A stretch of 63,957 nucleotides of DNA, counting the filler, from Chiloscyllium plagiosum (lineage: Eukaryota): the NCBI RefSeq assembly GCF_004010195.1. It is 4 parts of one record of this genome, joined end to end, with 100 filler letters (N's around TTAATTAATTAA, not from the genome) between each part and the next. Parts side by side here need not be neighbours in the genome. Positions count along the whole stretch, not along the records: positions 1 to 30,406 come from NC_057716.1; 3 more parts are not named here. One strand, given 5' to 3'. Numbering within the stretch: position 1 is the stretch's first letter; every line of letters starts with the position of its first letter. This document shows, in pieces, positions 13,936 through 26,147 of this stretch. Position numbers and translations under genes: made by a program. The notes below the pieces were generated by a model. It made no database searches. It was not told the DNA's origin and worked only from the letters and a program-made list of their open reading frames with translations.

Positions 13936-15519
13936 TAGTTTATTGCATGGTGGCAACTAGTTAAATGTTGCAGTGATAATGATTGATGCAGAGACTTTGA
14001 GGAGAACCTACTGTATGTTCTTACCCTTTCGAAAACGTAAGCTATTCTGCCCACAAATATGGCTGACATCATCATAGCAGGTGCTGTATAAGGCATTCCT
14101 CAGTCTGAAACCTTTTAAAACTATATACAGCACTTGCAATATTTGACAACTGTGAATTGGGCACAGAGATATAGTTTTTTGATTAATGGAATATGCAGGT
14201 ATGGTCTTAAAAGTGACCCCTTGTTGAAATGCTCCAACATTCGACCTCCTTTACTTATAGTGATAAGAATAATTATTTTAAAATGTATCAGTTATAGGCC
14301 TAGTATTACCTGATGTGGTGCCTGATATGACTTGGACCAGGCAACGAGATAAACTTTAGGAAAGAGACAATGTGATATTGATGCACATGAGATGCTACAC
14401 AGTTCCCTGTTAACTGACAAAGACACATTGTTGAATATATTTTTGCATAACACAAAATCAATTTTTTTTAAAATTAAAATTATTCTGTGGAACATAATGT
14501 AAGCTGAGGAACATGAAGAACTGCAATTGGAAAGGCTGTTTTGTTGATTTGCCTATGAAATTATGCAGTTTCCCAAAACAAAACTACAAATGCATCTATC
14601 CTGGCTGTTTTAGTCTCAATGTTCCAGATATATATCTCTTGTTCAAAGATTTCTTTTCATGATTTTTTCCAGATAAGTCTGATAAAAACAGCAGCAGTAG
14701 TTTTTTTGCATATAGCTTTTATTGTCTCCTTGCATAAACTTTCAGTCCTGAATTTGCTTCATTTAGAATTCGCTGATGGTTTCAGCAAGCTGTGGGTGAG
14801 TTGTGCACTCAGCACTATTGTATTGTAATCAATAATTAAATTTAGTGCTGACATGCATCTTGTTCATGCAGCAATCTCTGACAATCAAATCTAAGGAAAT
14901 AAATCCATTTTTTGCTGGTTTAATACTGATTTTAACAGTAAAATTATATGAATTATGTTTGTTATAGGAATAGTTTGCTTGCTTTTACATAATCATGCAT
15001 TTTTCACATCTTTGTTAGTAAATGAGCTGTCAAATTTTGAAATAAAGTTCTCCTGTTTCAAGATAATTACTGGTGTTGATGAAAAGAAAGCACTTAATCT
15101 TGTTATGGAGTTGTCTTAACCAATAGTCATTTTAACTTTATGCTGATAACTTAATGTTTGTTTGTTCCCTGAAAACAAAAAAATTACAAACAATTTCATC
15201 ACAAAAGTGACATAGTATTGTGGCTACTTTATTTGAAATGAAACTTTAGGTAGCGATCTGATTCTGATGTATTTTTAATCTTAACATTCATTGTTTAAGC
15301 ATTCATCAAGTAAAAACCAGAAAACATCCAAATTTTAATCTTTTATCCATTTTGCACTGAAAACTTTGATACTTCTTCCTTTTCTTCCTCTTTACAATGC
15401 ACATCTTGATTAAACATTAATTTGAAACTTGAATATAGCTGAAATTTGTCCTTTTATCAAAACTACATTTTGCTTTCATCAGAACAATTCACAAGAATAC
15501 GAAGGATAAAAAAAAATTT

Positions 15520-15810
15520 ACTGTGGGAAGAGAATGCTAATTGTTTGACAGATATACTCTGATTAGTAAAGGTGTTGCCATGGAGAATACACCAGTTAAT
15601 GAAGATTGACACTTAACTGCCAAGCTCTGTTTAAATCTTAAACCAGGCAGCTTGACTTTGATTAGTCAAGACATTGTCCTGAGAACTGGACCAACAAATA
15701 GCTATCACCTATTTTGTTGCATTAAATTGGCATTCTTGAATATTTTCCTGCTGAGTGTAAGACAAAAAGCTTCAGCCAAATGTATCTATCTTAGCAATAT
15801 AAAAGTTAGT
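15520..15810 (+). mobile_element. Old PLE-like terminal fragment with a decayed hammerhead-like core
   Basis: cctgctgagtgtaagacaaaaagcttc at about 15747, similar to 11962 and 24075. Confidence 0.4.
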
Positions 15811-17539
15811 TCTTGAATAAATGAAAAATCAGTAACCTAAAGTGTATTGGTAAAGGACACAGAGACCACAGTTCTGAGTTCCAGGACAGGTGATGCTTAA
15901 TCTGCCATCATTGATTGTGACAAGTATTGATCTCACATTAGCTATTATACAAGAACATAATGATTTTCAAGAAGAAAGTCGTTATGGTAAATACGTTCAT
16001 TCCTTTTTTATAACTTATTTTCCCATTTTCAAATCAGATCCCCAACTTGTTTATAGTCTGTAAATACATTAATTAACGCCTTTTACTCTTACCTGGTAAC
16101 TAGGCCATAGGTCTGGTATTATTTGTATGAAGAAAGTTCCCTGAATTTCAGGATCAACACCAACCCTTTGTATTAATATATTTTGGACAATTTGCCAGTG
16201 AATAAAGGTGCATTCACTTTAGCAATTCCAAAGAGAAAAGTATAAATGGTCACCTTGTACTATTTTAAGCATACTTGCTTTCAAGCAATCTTTGGACACT
16301 CGAGATGCTGTCAATGGAGAAATTTGTGGTTTAGACCGCTTTCACTTTTCTGGCTGCAGCAGGGTGAATAGATCAAAATATTAATGTGGTTATAGAAGGC
16401 ATTGAGTAGCTTGCAAAAATACCATTGAAGAATCTGTAAGTTAGTAGTACTCCATGGGTTTCTATAAGACTCGACCACCATAAGAAATTTCAGATATTGT
16501 CATAAAGCAAAAGATACACATGCTGATCACCAGATCTCCAACAAATGAAACATCGCTAAGACATACTATTACAGCTGTGATGTTCTGTATGATGAATTAA
16601 GGAACTGGTTTGTACTGGTGGTATTTTACCTGCCAGCAATACATATTAGCAGATCCTGGGCAATGAACTTATAACATGGTAAAATGAACTGATAGTGACT
16701 GCTGCGCTTCACCACTGACAAATACGTTGTGAAAATAATTGGTAGAATGTTATGTGAAACTGAATAACATGGACTATGGCTATGGAAATCTGAGTGAGTA
16801 CCTAGTAGGTTCAACTCACTGCTTTGTCCAAATGCTTTCTCTATGTTACACATGGTCAATCTGCAGAGCAGAGCATGACCCCTGAGCATTAGTCACACAC
16901 ACACTTTCACCATAGGCACTGGCATCATCATCATCTGATTCCTGACATTTATGCATTGCCCTGGCATTGTGCCCTGTAATCTCACACATGTGAAACAGGG
17001 CAAACTACCAACCAGCTACACATGGCTGCACTGGGTACAAGTGGCATACCAGTTTGCAGTCTGAATCAGACTGGCAAGCCATGGCTACTCCCTTTTTCTC
17101 TCATTGCGTATTCGCCTGTCACATACCAGCATGCCTATAGTAGGCTAACCTTGCCCTGCTTTGGCTTGCACTGGCAATTGGCACTGAGATACATCCAGGC
17201 ATGTGGCTGTCCTGCATAGCCATGCTCGGCAGAGAGTAACTACATCTTCTCATATGTCAGCAAGCAACTTCAGGCTACCTCCATGTACCATGTGGTAGCA
17301 GCAGTTGCATCAACACATCTGTAGCAAGCAGTGGGATATACCTGAAAGTCTTTGGAAAATGGTCAGCACCCAACTACATGGGGGGCGGGAGGCAGAGGGA
17401 GCAGATGGGGAGCATCAGTCAAGGGGATCCAGAGCAGTTAGTCAAGAGTAGCAATCCATATCAAAGCCAGGCACCCCAAGGACAGTAGTCCAATTGGGGT
17501 GGCTTTGCACAGTCGTCATTGATTTATCTCACTGTAGGA

Positions 17540-17712
17540 CTGTTCTATTCATTAGAGAGAGAGGAATGACTGGTGATTATTTAACCTGAGGGTCACCACA
17601 CCTCAGGCTAGAGGAGAAGTTGAGAAGCAAAACCCTTAATGATAACGCAACCAGCGTGGGAATTGAACCAGTGTGCAAATCAACCTTCCAGTGAACTGAG
17701 CTAACTGATCCC
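17540..17712 (-). mobile_element. Short tRNA-derived SINE
   Basis: Plus-strand gggaattgaacc (reverse B box) and ctgagcta (reverse A box). Confidence 0.55.
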
Positions 17713-18721
17713 CTAAAGTCATGATATAGATGAGGGTCCATTGCAGTACATTGCCAAGAAATCTGTGTGTGACTCCTCTTCTGTCTGGATACCCTCTGGC
17801 ATCACCCTGTCACCATGTGAGAATGGGGCACATGGACCATGGTCAAGGAACCCTGTACCCCTTCCTCACCCTGGCCTCATTCCTGAGGAACAATGCCTGG
17901 GACATTGGAGTGAGGGTGTGCATGACTCTCCAGCATCTCCTTAGTAGGCTGGGTCTTTCTATCACAACTGCCAACCTATCGATGGAGACAACCAAGCTCT
18001 CAGCAAAGAGAGCCACAGCATCTCGAATGACTGCGTGTTGATCCTCCTCATTTCTGAATATGTCCGTGAGATCCCTGCTCACTCAGGATCTTCCCCTGCC
18101 ATGCCTAGTCTCCAACACTCCTCTGAGTGCCAATGCCCTGGCTGTTTCTCCCTCACGTATCTGCACCACTGTGTGTGTGAGGCCCTCAGCACTCTCCTGT
18201 CCCACATTCTCTTCACCTATTGAAGCCACTGGTGTTTCAGTGTCATTGCTGTTTGGGGTTTGGAAGGTAGTCCAATGTCAATAAATCCTCCAGACCCTGA
18301 ATCATCTCTTCTTCTGAATTTGAGGAAGTGTTCTCCAGAGAGATGGCGACCTCTCGGCTGATGTCCTTGGCACATTTGCAGTTGTAAGGTACAAAATGCA
18401 GAAGGATATGGATATCTCTACATCCTTGCAGGACCTGTCCCAATCCTCTCCAGCCAGCAAGTATTATGAGGGCTATGGACTCTGAAATCTGGAACACTCC
18501 ATCACCCAGCCTCCTCTGCTTATCCATCCTCACTATGCTATGTTGTGGGATGCCTTCTCCCGTAATAACATCAAGGGGGCAAATAGATTAGACACAAGGA
18601 AATGGCACAATTGTTACTACTGGTGTGTGTGTTTGAAATATGTTGAAGTATTCAGAGAGAATGAGGAGGCAGTAAGGAGGGGGTGCAGAGTTAGTGATGT
18701 GAGAGGCAAGGGAATAAAGGA

Positions 18722-18931
18722 GAAAGTGAGGTCTGCAGATGCTGGAGATCAAAGTTGAAACTTTATTGCTGGAACAGCACAGCAGGTTAGGCAGCATCCA
18801 GGGAATAGGAGATTCGACGTTTCGGGCACAGGCCCTTCTTTCCTGAAGAAGGGCCTGTGCCCGAAACGTCGAATCTCCTGTTCCCTGGATGCTGCCTAAC
18901 CTGCTGTGCTGTTCCAGCAATAAAGTTTCAA
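18722..18931. mobile_element. Palindromic PLE-derived short element with hammerhead core
   Basis: Near-perfect inverted arms of about 85 bp, flanked by the 14-bp duplication aagggaataaagga (18708-18721 and 18932-18945). Confidence 0.88.
18840..18875 (+). ncRNA. Minimal type I hammerhead ribozyme motif
   Basis: CTGAAGA, A, helix II GGGC-ctgt-GCCC, GAAAC, GTC; short helix I ttc/gaa. Confidence 0.7.
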
Positions 18932-19309
18932 AAGGGAATAAAGGAAGCAACTGAGGGAAGATATTGCATGCAATAGAGGGGACTTCAGAGCAGAAGTCTT
19001 GGTGGGGGAGGTGGAGGTTGATGAGTGAAGTAGCAAAAATATAATGAGTGGGAAGTAGCAGAGAGCAAAGTATGATAGTTACCCTGGTGACATGGAGAAG
19101 AACATTGACTTTCTTTTGGCAATGTTGCTTGGTCCTCTGAACCATGTACAGGGCAGTGATGGCGATCTCTGGTTATTATGCAAAGATGTGGCCTCCACTG
19201 TCTATTCTCCAGGAATAAGCCCATCCTCCTGTCTACCATCCCATCATTTAGGATCTCCATCAGTGCAAACTTGCCAGGATCAGCCACAGAGTTATGCAAC
19301 TCATCCAAC

Positions 19310-20350
19310 CAATCACGTTTCCCAAACTAAACTAGTCCCATTTGCCTGCATATGGCCCATATTCTTCTAAATCTTTGTTATCCAAATGTCTTTTAAATAT
19401 TAGAACTATATCCAGCAGTTCTATCCATTTCTGAACCAATCTCTGTAAGAAAAGATTGTCCCTCATGTCCCTTTTAAATCTTTCTCCTTTCATCTTAAAA
19501 ATATACTGTCTAGTTTTGAACACCTCTACCTTAGGGAAAAGACCTCTCGATTCACCTTATCTATGTCCCTCATGATTTGATAAACCTCTGTAAAGTCACC
19601 CCTCAACTTCCTACCCTCCAGTGAAAAAACTCCCAGCTAGATATAGGATTGCTCACTGAGCTGGAAAGTTCATTTTCAGACGTTTCTTCACCATACCAGG
19701 TATCATCTTCAGTGACCCTCCAGACAAAGCACTGCTGATGTTTCCTGCTTTCTTTTTATGTGTTTGGGTTTCTTTGCATTGGTGATGTCATTTCCTATGG
19801 TGATGTCAATTCCTGTTCTTTTTCTCCAGGGTGGACACGAACCAGAAATGGCATCACCACATGAAATGACATCACCGCAGGAAATGATGTCACCAACCCA
19901 AAGAAACACAAACATATCAATAGAAAGCAGGAATCATCAGCAGTGCTTTGTCTGGAGGCTCACTGAAAATGTTACCTAGTATTGTGATGACACGTCTGAA
20001 AATGAACTTTCCAGCTCAGCGAGCAAACCTACATCCAGAACCTCAACCTGAGCCACAAATCTTCTCAACACTCGTTAAGTCCCAGCTTATCCAGCCTCTC
20101 CGTATAACTCAAACCCACCAGTTGCAGCAATATTCTTGTAAATGTTTTCTGAACTCTCTCCAATTTAATAATATCCTTCCTATAACAGAGCAACCAGAAC
20201 TGTACACTAAGCTCCAAAAGTGGGCTCACCAAAATCCTGTAAAACCTCAATATGATGTCACAACTCCTATACCCAACAATCTGAGAAATGACGGCAAGCA
20301 TGCTAAATGCCTTCTTAACCACCCTGTCTACCTGTAATGCAATGTTCAAA
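19310..20350 (-). mobile_element. CR1 LINE 3' part, interrupted by a PLE-derived insert
   Basis: IKLERVQKTFTR and LFLQRLV motifs continue on both sides of 19639-20079. Confidence 0.85.
19639..20079. mobile_element. Fold-back PLE-derived element (second family)
   Basis: Inverted arms of about 180 bp, TSD tcccagct (19631-19638 and 20080-20087), minus-strand core tca-CTGAAGA...GAAAC-GTC-tga at 19676-19715. Confidence 0.8.
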
Positions 20351-20539
20351 GAACTTTGGTCATCTCTGTCCAGTCACCAGTCATGAGCAAGTTCAGATGC
20401 TATTGATCATCCAAGTGTTCCACAGCGTTTTGTCGATGGCATGGCTGAGAGAGATAACTGTTGAATGGCGAGTTCATTTGAAACCAGCACATTACTTATA
20501 ATACTTTACTTAAGGCTCTTAAATAAATTTAATCAAGCA

Positions 20540-21550
20540 TAGTCAACTTTGCTTTGTGAAAAAGAAATCATGTTTAACCAATTTATTGGAGTTTTTTGAA
20601 AAGGTTATGTGTACTTGTGGAACCAGTAAATTTATTTCATTTAGAATTTCACAAGGCATTTGATAAGATGTCACAAAAAGGGTTAGTGAGGAAAGTAAAA
20701 GCTCATGTTGGAGGGGGTAACATGTTGGCATGGATACAACATTGCCTATCGAGGAGGAAATAATGAGTAGGCATAAATCGTTATTTTCTGACTGGCACAT
20801 GACGAGGGATCAATACTAGGGCCTCACTCTTTGCATTTTATATGAATGATTTGGATTAAGGGATGAACGTTTGATTGTTAAATTTGCTGATGACAAAGGT
20901 AGGAAACTAGATTGTAAAGAGGACACAACGAGGTTGCAAAAAGATGCGGATAAATTAGTTGAATGGGAAATGATCTGGCAAATGGAATACAATGTGAAAA
21001 ATTGTGAGATTGTCCACATTGGCAGCAAGAATAAAAAAAAGTATATTGCTTGAATGGTGAGAGATTTCTCTGAGACACAAAGTTTCTAGTGCCATGGAAT
21101 ACGAATTGCAGAAAGTTATTATGCAGCAATAATTAGAAAAGCTAATACAAATGCTATTGCATATTGTGAACAGAATCAATTACTAAAAGTAGAGAGGTTA
21201 TACTTCAGGTATACAGGACATTAGTGAGATCACATCTGGAGTACCATGTACAATATTGGCTTCTCTATTTAAGGAAAGAAGTAAATATATTGGAAGTCGT
21301 TCAGAGATTTGCTAGATGAATAGATGTCATAGCCAAATTATCTTATGATGAAAGGTTGGTCAGGCCAGGTTTGTATCCATTCAAGTTTAAAAAACAAAGA
21401 GGTGACTTGATTGAAATGTATACATTTCTGAGGGGAAGTGACAGGATTGATACAGAAAAGATTTTTGCTTCAATGGAGTAATCTGGAACCATGGGTTTTA
21501 AAAATTAGAATTTTTATAAAAGTAGGAGTTGCTCATTTAAGACAGACATA
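20540..21550 (+). mobile_element. Old CR1 LINE RT region; its 3' end resumes at about 23849-24030
   Basis: KFADD, WQMEYNVKNCE and later CR1 motifs with many stop codons. Confidence 0.85.
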
Positions 21551-21561
21551 AATAGAATTTG

Positions 21562-23836
21562 AGGCAAAAGTGGGTACTGCAGATGCTGGAGATTAGAATC
21601 AAGATTACAGTAGTGCGGGAAAAGCAAACAGGTCAGGCAGGACCCGAGGAGCAGGAAAATCAACGTTTTGGGCCAAAGTCCTTCATTAGGAATGAGGCTG
21701 AGAGCCTCAAGGGTGGAGAGATAAATGGGAGGGGTGTGAAGCTGGGGAGAAGGTAGCTGAGAGTGCAATAGGTGGATGGAGGTGGGGGTAAAGGCGATAG
21801 AATCATAAAGTCATAGAGATGTACAGCATGGAAACAGACCCTTCAGTCCAACCCGTCCATGCCAACCAGATATACCAACCCAATCTAGTCCCATCTGCCA
21901 GCACCAGGCACATATCCCTCCAAACCCTTCCTATTCATTTACCCATCCAAATGCCTCTTAAATATTGCAATTGTACCAGCTTCCACCACATCCTCTGGCA
22001 GCTCATTCCATACTTGTACCACCCTCTGTGTGAAAATGTTGCCCCTTAGATCTCATTTATATCTTTCCCCTCTCACCCTAAACCTATGCCCTCTAGTCCT
22101 GGACTCCCCGACCCCAGGGAAAAGACTTTGTCTACTTACTCTATCCATGCTCCTCATAATTTTGTAAACCTCTGTATGGTCACCCCTCAACCTCCGACAC
22201 TCCAGGGAAAACAGCCCCAACCTGTTCAGCCTCTCCCTGTAGCTGAAATCCTCGAACTCTGGCAGCATCCTTGTAAATCTTTTCTGAACCCTTTCAAGTT
22301 TCACAACATATTTCCGATAGGAAGGAGACTAGAATTGCATGTAATATTCCAACAGTGGCCTAACCAATCTCCTGTACAGCTGCAACATGACTCCCAACTC
22401 CTGTACTCAATACTCTAACCAATAAAGGAAAGCATACCAAACGCCTTCTTCACTATCCTATCTACCTGCGACTCCATTTTCAAGGAGCTATGAACCTGCA
22501 CTCCAAGGTCTCTTTGTTCACCAACACTCCCTAGGAGGTTATCATTCAGTGTATAAGTCCAGCTAAGATTTGCTTTCCCAAAATGCAGCACCTCGCATTA
22601 TTCTGAATCAAATTCCACCTGCCACTTCTCAGCCCATTGGCCCATCTGGTCCAGATCCTGTTGTAATCCGAGGTAACCCTCTTTGCTGTCCACTACACCT
22701 CCAATTTTGGTGTCATCTGCAAACTTATTAACTGTACCTCTTATGCTCGCATCCAAATCATTTATGTAAATGACAAAAAGTAGAGGACCCAGCACGATCC
22801 TTGTGGCACTCCACTGGTCACAGGCCTCCAGTCTGAAAAACAACCCTCCACCACCACCCTCTGTCTTCCACCTTTGAGCCAGTTCTGTATCCAAATGGCG
22901 AGTTCTCCCTGTAGTCCATGAGATCTAACCTTGCTAATCAGTCTCTCATGGGGAACCTTGTCAAACGCCTTACTGAAGCCCATATAGATCACATCTACCA
23001 CTCTGCCCTCAGCAATCCTCTTTGTTACTTCTTCAAAAAACTCAATCAAATTTGTGAGACATGATTTCCCACGCACAAAGCCACGCTGACTATCCCTAAT
23101 CAGTCCTTGCCTTTCCAAATACATAACATCCTGTCCCTCAGGATTCCCTCCAACTTGCCCACCACCGACGTCAGGCTCACTGGTCCATAGTTCCCTGGCT
23201 TGTCCTTACCACCCTTTTTAAACAGTGGCACCACGTTAGCCAACCTCCAGTCTTCTGGCACCTCACTTGTGACTATCAATGATACAATTATCTCAGCAAG
23301 AGGCCCAACAATCGCTTCTCTAGCTTCCCACAGATTTCTAGGGTACACTTGATCAGGTCCTGGGGATTTACCCACCTTTATGCATTTCAAGACATCCAGC
23401 ACTTCCTCCTCTGTAATATGGACATTTTGCAAGGTTTCACCATTTATTTCCCTACAGTCTATATCTTCCATATCCTTTAGGTTGGAGAGGGGGGTGGAGC
23501 GGATAGATGGGAAGGAAGATTGACAGGTGGGACAGGTCATAGAATGGTGTTGAACTGGAAGGTTGGAACTGGGGTAAGGTGTGGGGAGTGGGGAAATGAG
23601 GAAGCTGGTGAAGTCCACTTTGATGGCACGGGATTGAAGGGTGCCAAGGCAGAAGATGAAGTGTTCATCCTCCAGACGTCAGGTGATAAGGGAGTGGTGA
23701 TGGAGGAGACCCAGGACCTGCATGTCTTCGGCAGAGTGGGAAGGGGAGTTGATATATTCGTCCATGGGGCTGTGGTGTAGATTGGTTTGGGTGTCCTGGA
23801 GATGTTCTCTGAAGCGCTTTGCGAGTAGGCATTTAC
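21562..23836 (-). mobile_element. Penelope-like element 3' fragment split by a CR1 insertion
   Basis: 23480-23830 encodes RFREH...RLEDEHFIFCLGTLQ...VDFTSF (GIY-YIG C-terminal region). 21562-21800 carries the terminal repeat. TSD aaatagaatttg (21550-21561 and 23837-23848). Confidence 0.8.
21800..23478 (-). mobile_element. Young CR1 LINE, about 1.7 kb of ORF2 with frameshifts
   Basis: KSPGPD, WRLANVVPLFKKG, FSKAFDKVPH, SGVPQGS, FADDTK and a 3' UTR with a ctatga-type tail. Confidence 0.96.
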
Positions 23837-24334
23837 AAATAGAATTTGCAGACAGGATGGCGTATCTTTAGATTTCTACAGGAGGCAGAGGAGGCACAAT
23901 CTTTCAATGTTTTCAAGGCAGACGTAGATAGATCCTTTATTAGCAAAGAGATTAAAGGTTATCAGACAGAGAAGTAGAGTTGTGGTTAAAATGAGATCTG
24001 GCCTGATACTATCAAATGGCAGAGCACATTTCTACTTTATATGATTGTCTGTATGTTGGTATTCTTATAAACATCCTGATGAGTGCGGTACAAGAATCTT
24101 CAACAAAATATGTCTGCCTTCAACAATACTCAGGTTCTATATGACTAACAGTTAGAGTAAATTAAAAGAAGTCCAAATAAATAGCTGCCTCACCTGGAGG
24201 GGTTTTTTCCAGATTTGGCCAGTGAGGGTAGAGGACCTAAAGGGATTATGTTAAGTGCTGCTGATCTCAGTTTCTGTATGCCCATTTTCTGTTCCATCAT
24301 AAACAAGAGAACTCTCAGAATTTCCCTTATTCCA

Positions 24335-26030
24335 TAAGTCCATAAGTCTATAAGACATAGGAGCAGAACTAGGCCATTCAGCCCGTTGATCTGCTCCACC
24401 ATTCGATCATGGCTGATACGTTTCTCAACACCATTCTCCTGCCTTCTCATCATAGCCATGGAAATCCTTACTAAGCTACCTATCTCTTATTTACACTCAA
24501 TGACTTGGCCTCCACAGCCCACCATAGCAAAGATTTCCCTAAATTAGCCAACCTCTGGCTGAAGAATTTCCTCCTCCTTTCACTTCTAAAAGGTTGTCCG
24601 ATCACCATGAGACTGTTACCCCAAGTCCTAGTCTCACCAACTAATGGAGACATCTTCTCCATGAGCAACCTATCCAGACATCTCAGTATTCTGTAAGTTT
24701 CAGTCAGTTCAACTTTCATCTTTCTAAACTCCATCAAGTGCAGATCCAGAGTCCTCAACTGCTCCTCATATGGCAAGCCCTTCATCTGATCATTCTTCTA
24801 ATCCTCTTCTGGACACCCTCCAATGCCAATATATCCTTCCTTAGATATCCAGACCAAAACTGCTCACAATATTCCAAATGTGGTCTGATCAGATCCTTAA
24901 ACAGCCTCAGCAGTGCATCTTTTCTCTTGTTTTCTAGCTCTCTTGAAATAATTGCCAACATTCCATTTGTTTTCCTAAATGTTAACTGAACTTGCGAGTT
25001 AACCTTAAGAGAATCTTGAAATAGGATTTCCAAGTCCCTTTGTGCTTCAGATATCTGAAGCCTTTCCCCACAACTCTACTCTTCCAACCAAAATATATAA
25101 CCTCACAGTTTTCCACATTATATTCAGTCTGCCACTTGTTTGCCCACTGTCTTAGCATGTCCAAGTCCTTCAACACTACCTGACCCTCCACCTATCTTTG
25201 TGTCACCTGCAAGCTTTGCAACATTGCCCTCAGTTCCTTCAGAGAATAGAAAAATAGAATAGAACCCCTACAGTGTGGAAGCATGCCATTTGGCCCATCA
25301 AGTCCACACGTCCCTCCGAAGAGCATCCCATCCAGATCCACCCTCCACCACCCTATCCCTACAACATTGTATGTGTAGGCTAACCTACACATCCCTGGAC
25401 ACTAGGGCAATTTAGCATGGCAAATCCGCCCAACCTGCGCATCTTTGGACTGTGAGAGGAAACCGGAGCGCCCAGAGAAAACATGTGCAGACATGGGGAG
25501 AACATGCAAACTCCATGCAGACATTCGCCTAAAGGTGGAATGAAGTCCCTGTTGCTGTGAGGCAGCAGTGCTAATTACTGAGCTACTGTGCTGCCCCATT
25601 TAGATCTTTGATGTATAATGTGAATAATTATAGTCCCAATGCAGATCCATCCAAAACTCCACTAGTCACTTGCTGTCATCCTGAAAAAGACCCCTTTATC
25701 CCGACCTTCTGCCTTTGACCAATCAGCCAATCCTCTATCCATGCCAGTACCTTGCCCTCAACACCATGGGTTCTCATCTTATTTAGCAGCATCCCTGTAT
25801 GGCACTTTGTCAAAGACCTGGAAATCCAAATAGATCACTGGCTGTATTTTATCTAACTTGCTTATTACCTCCTCAAAGAATTCTAACAGATTTGTCAGGC
25901 ATGAACTTCCCTTGATATGTTGACTCAACCCTATTTAACCATGTACCTCCAAGTATTCCATAAGCTTATGCTTAATAATGGACTCTTAAATCGTACCAAT
26001 GACTGAGATCAGGCTAACCAGCCTACAGCT
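24335..26030 (-). mobile_element. CR1 LINE (older subfamily); continues at about 27330-28710
   Basis: IRPHLEYCEQFW, WANKWQ and (tcttatgg)n tail. The 5' part (LKVDKSFGP, endonuclease region) lies beyond the nested inserts. Confidence 0.88.
25245..25598 (-). mobile_element. HE1-type SINE nested in CR1
   Basis: Full reverse-complement head, V domain and tail. Confidence 0.9.
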
Positions 26031-26147
26031 TCTATAGAACATAGAACGGAGAAACGTACAGCAAAAACAGGCCCTTTAGCCTAGAATGTTGCTCCGAGAG
26101 TTAATCCTAATGTAAAATATAGTAACTTACTGCTGTGGTTCTGTTCG

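Larger units (their letters stand above)
17730..19310 (-). mobile_element. Decayed spliced Harbinger Myb/SANT gene
   Basis: Exon 1 (19083-19310): MEILNDGMVDRRMGLF, frameshift, VQRTKQHCQKKVNVLLHVTR then GT. EKASHN at about 18540-18560 and an acidic exon at about 18340. Confidence 0.6.

Noticed and set aside
16093..16140. Possible minus-strand exon (CAG|GTAAGA donor)
   Set aside because: Poor polypyrimidine tract, and the peptide GTFFIQIIPDLWPSYQ does not match GRB14.
21800..23478. Active retrotransposon
   Set aside because: 5'-truncated with frameshifts and stops; no intact autonomous element was seen in the window.
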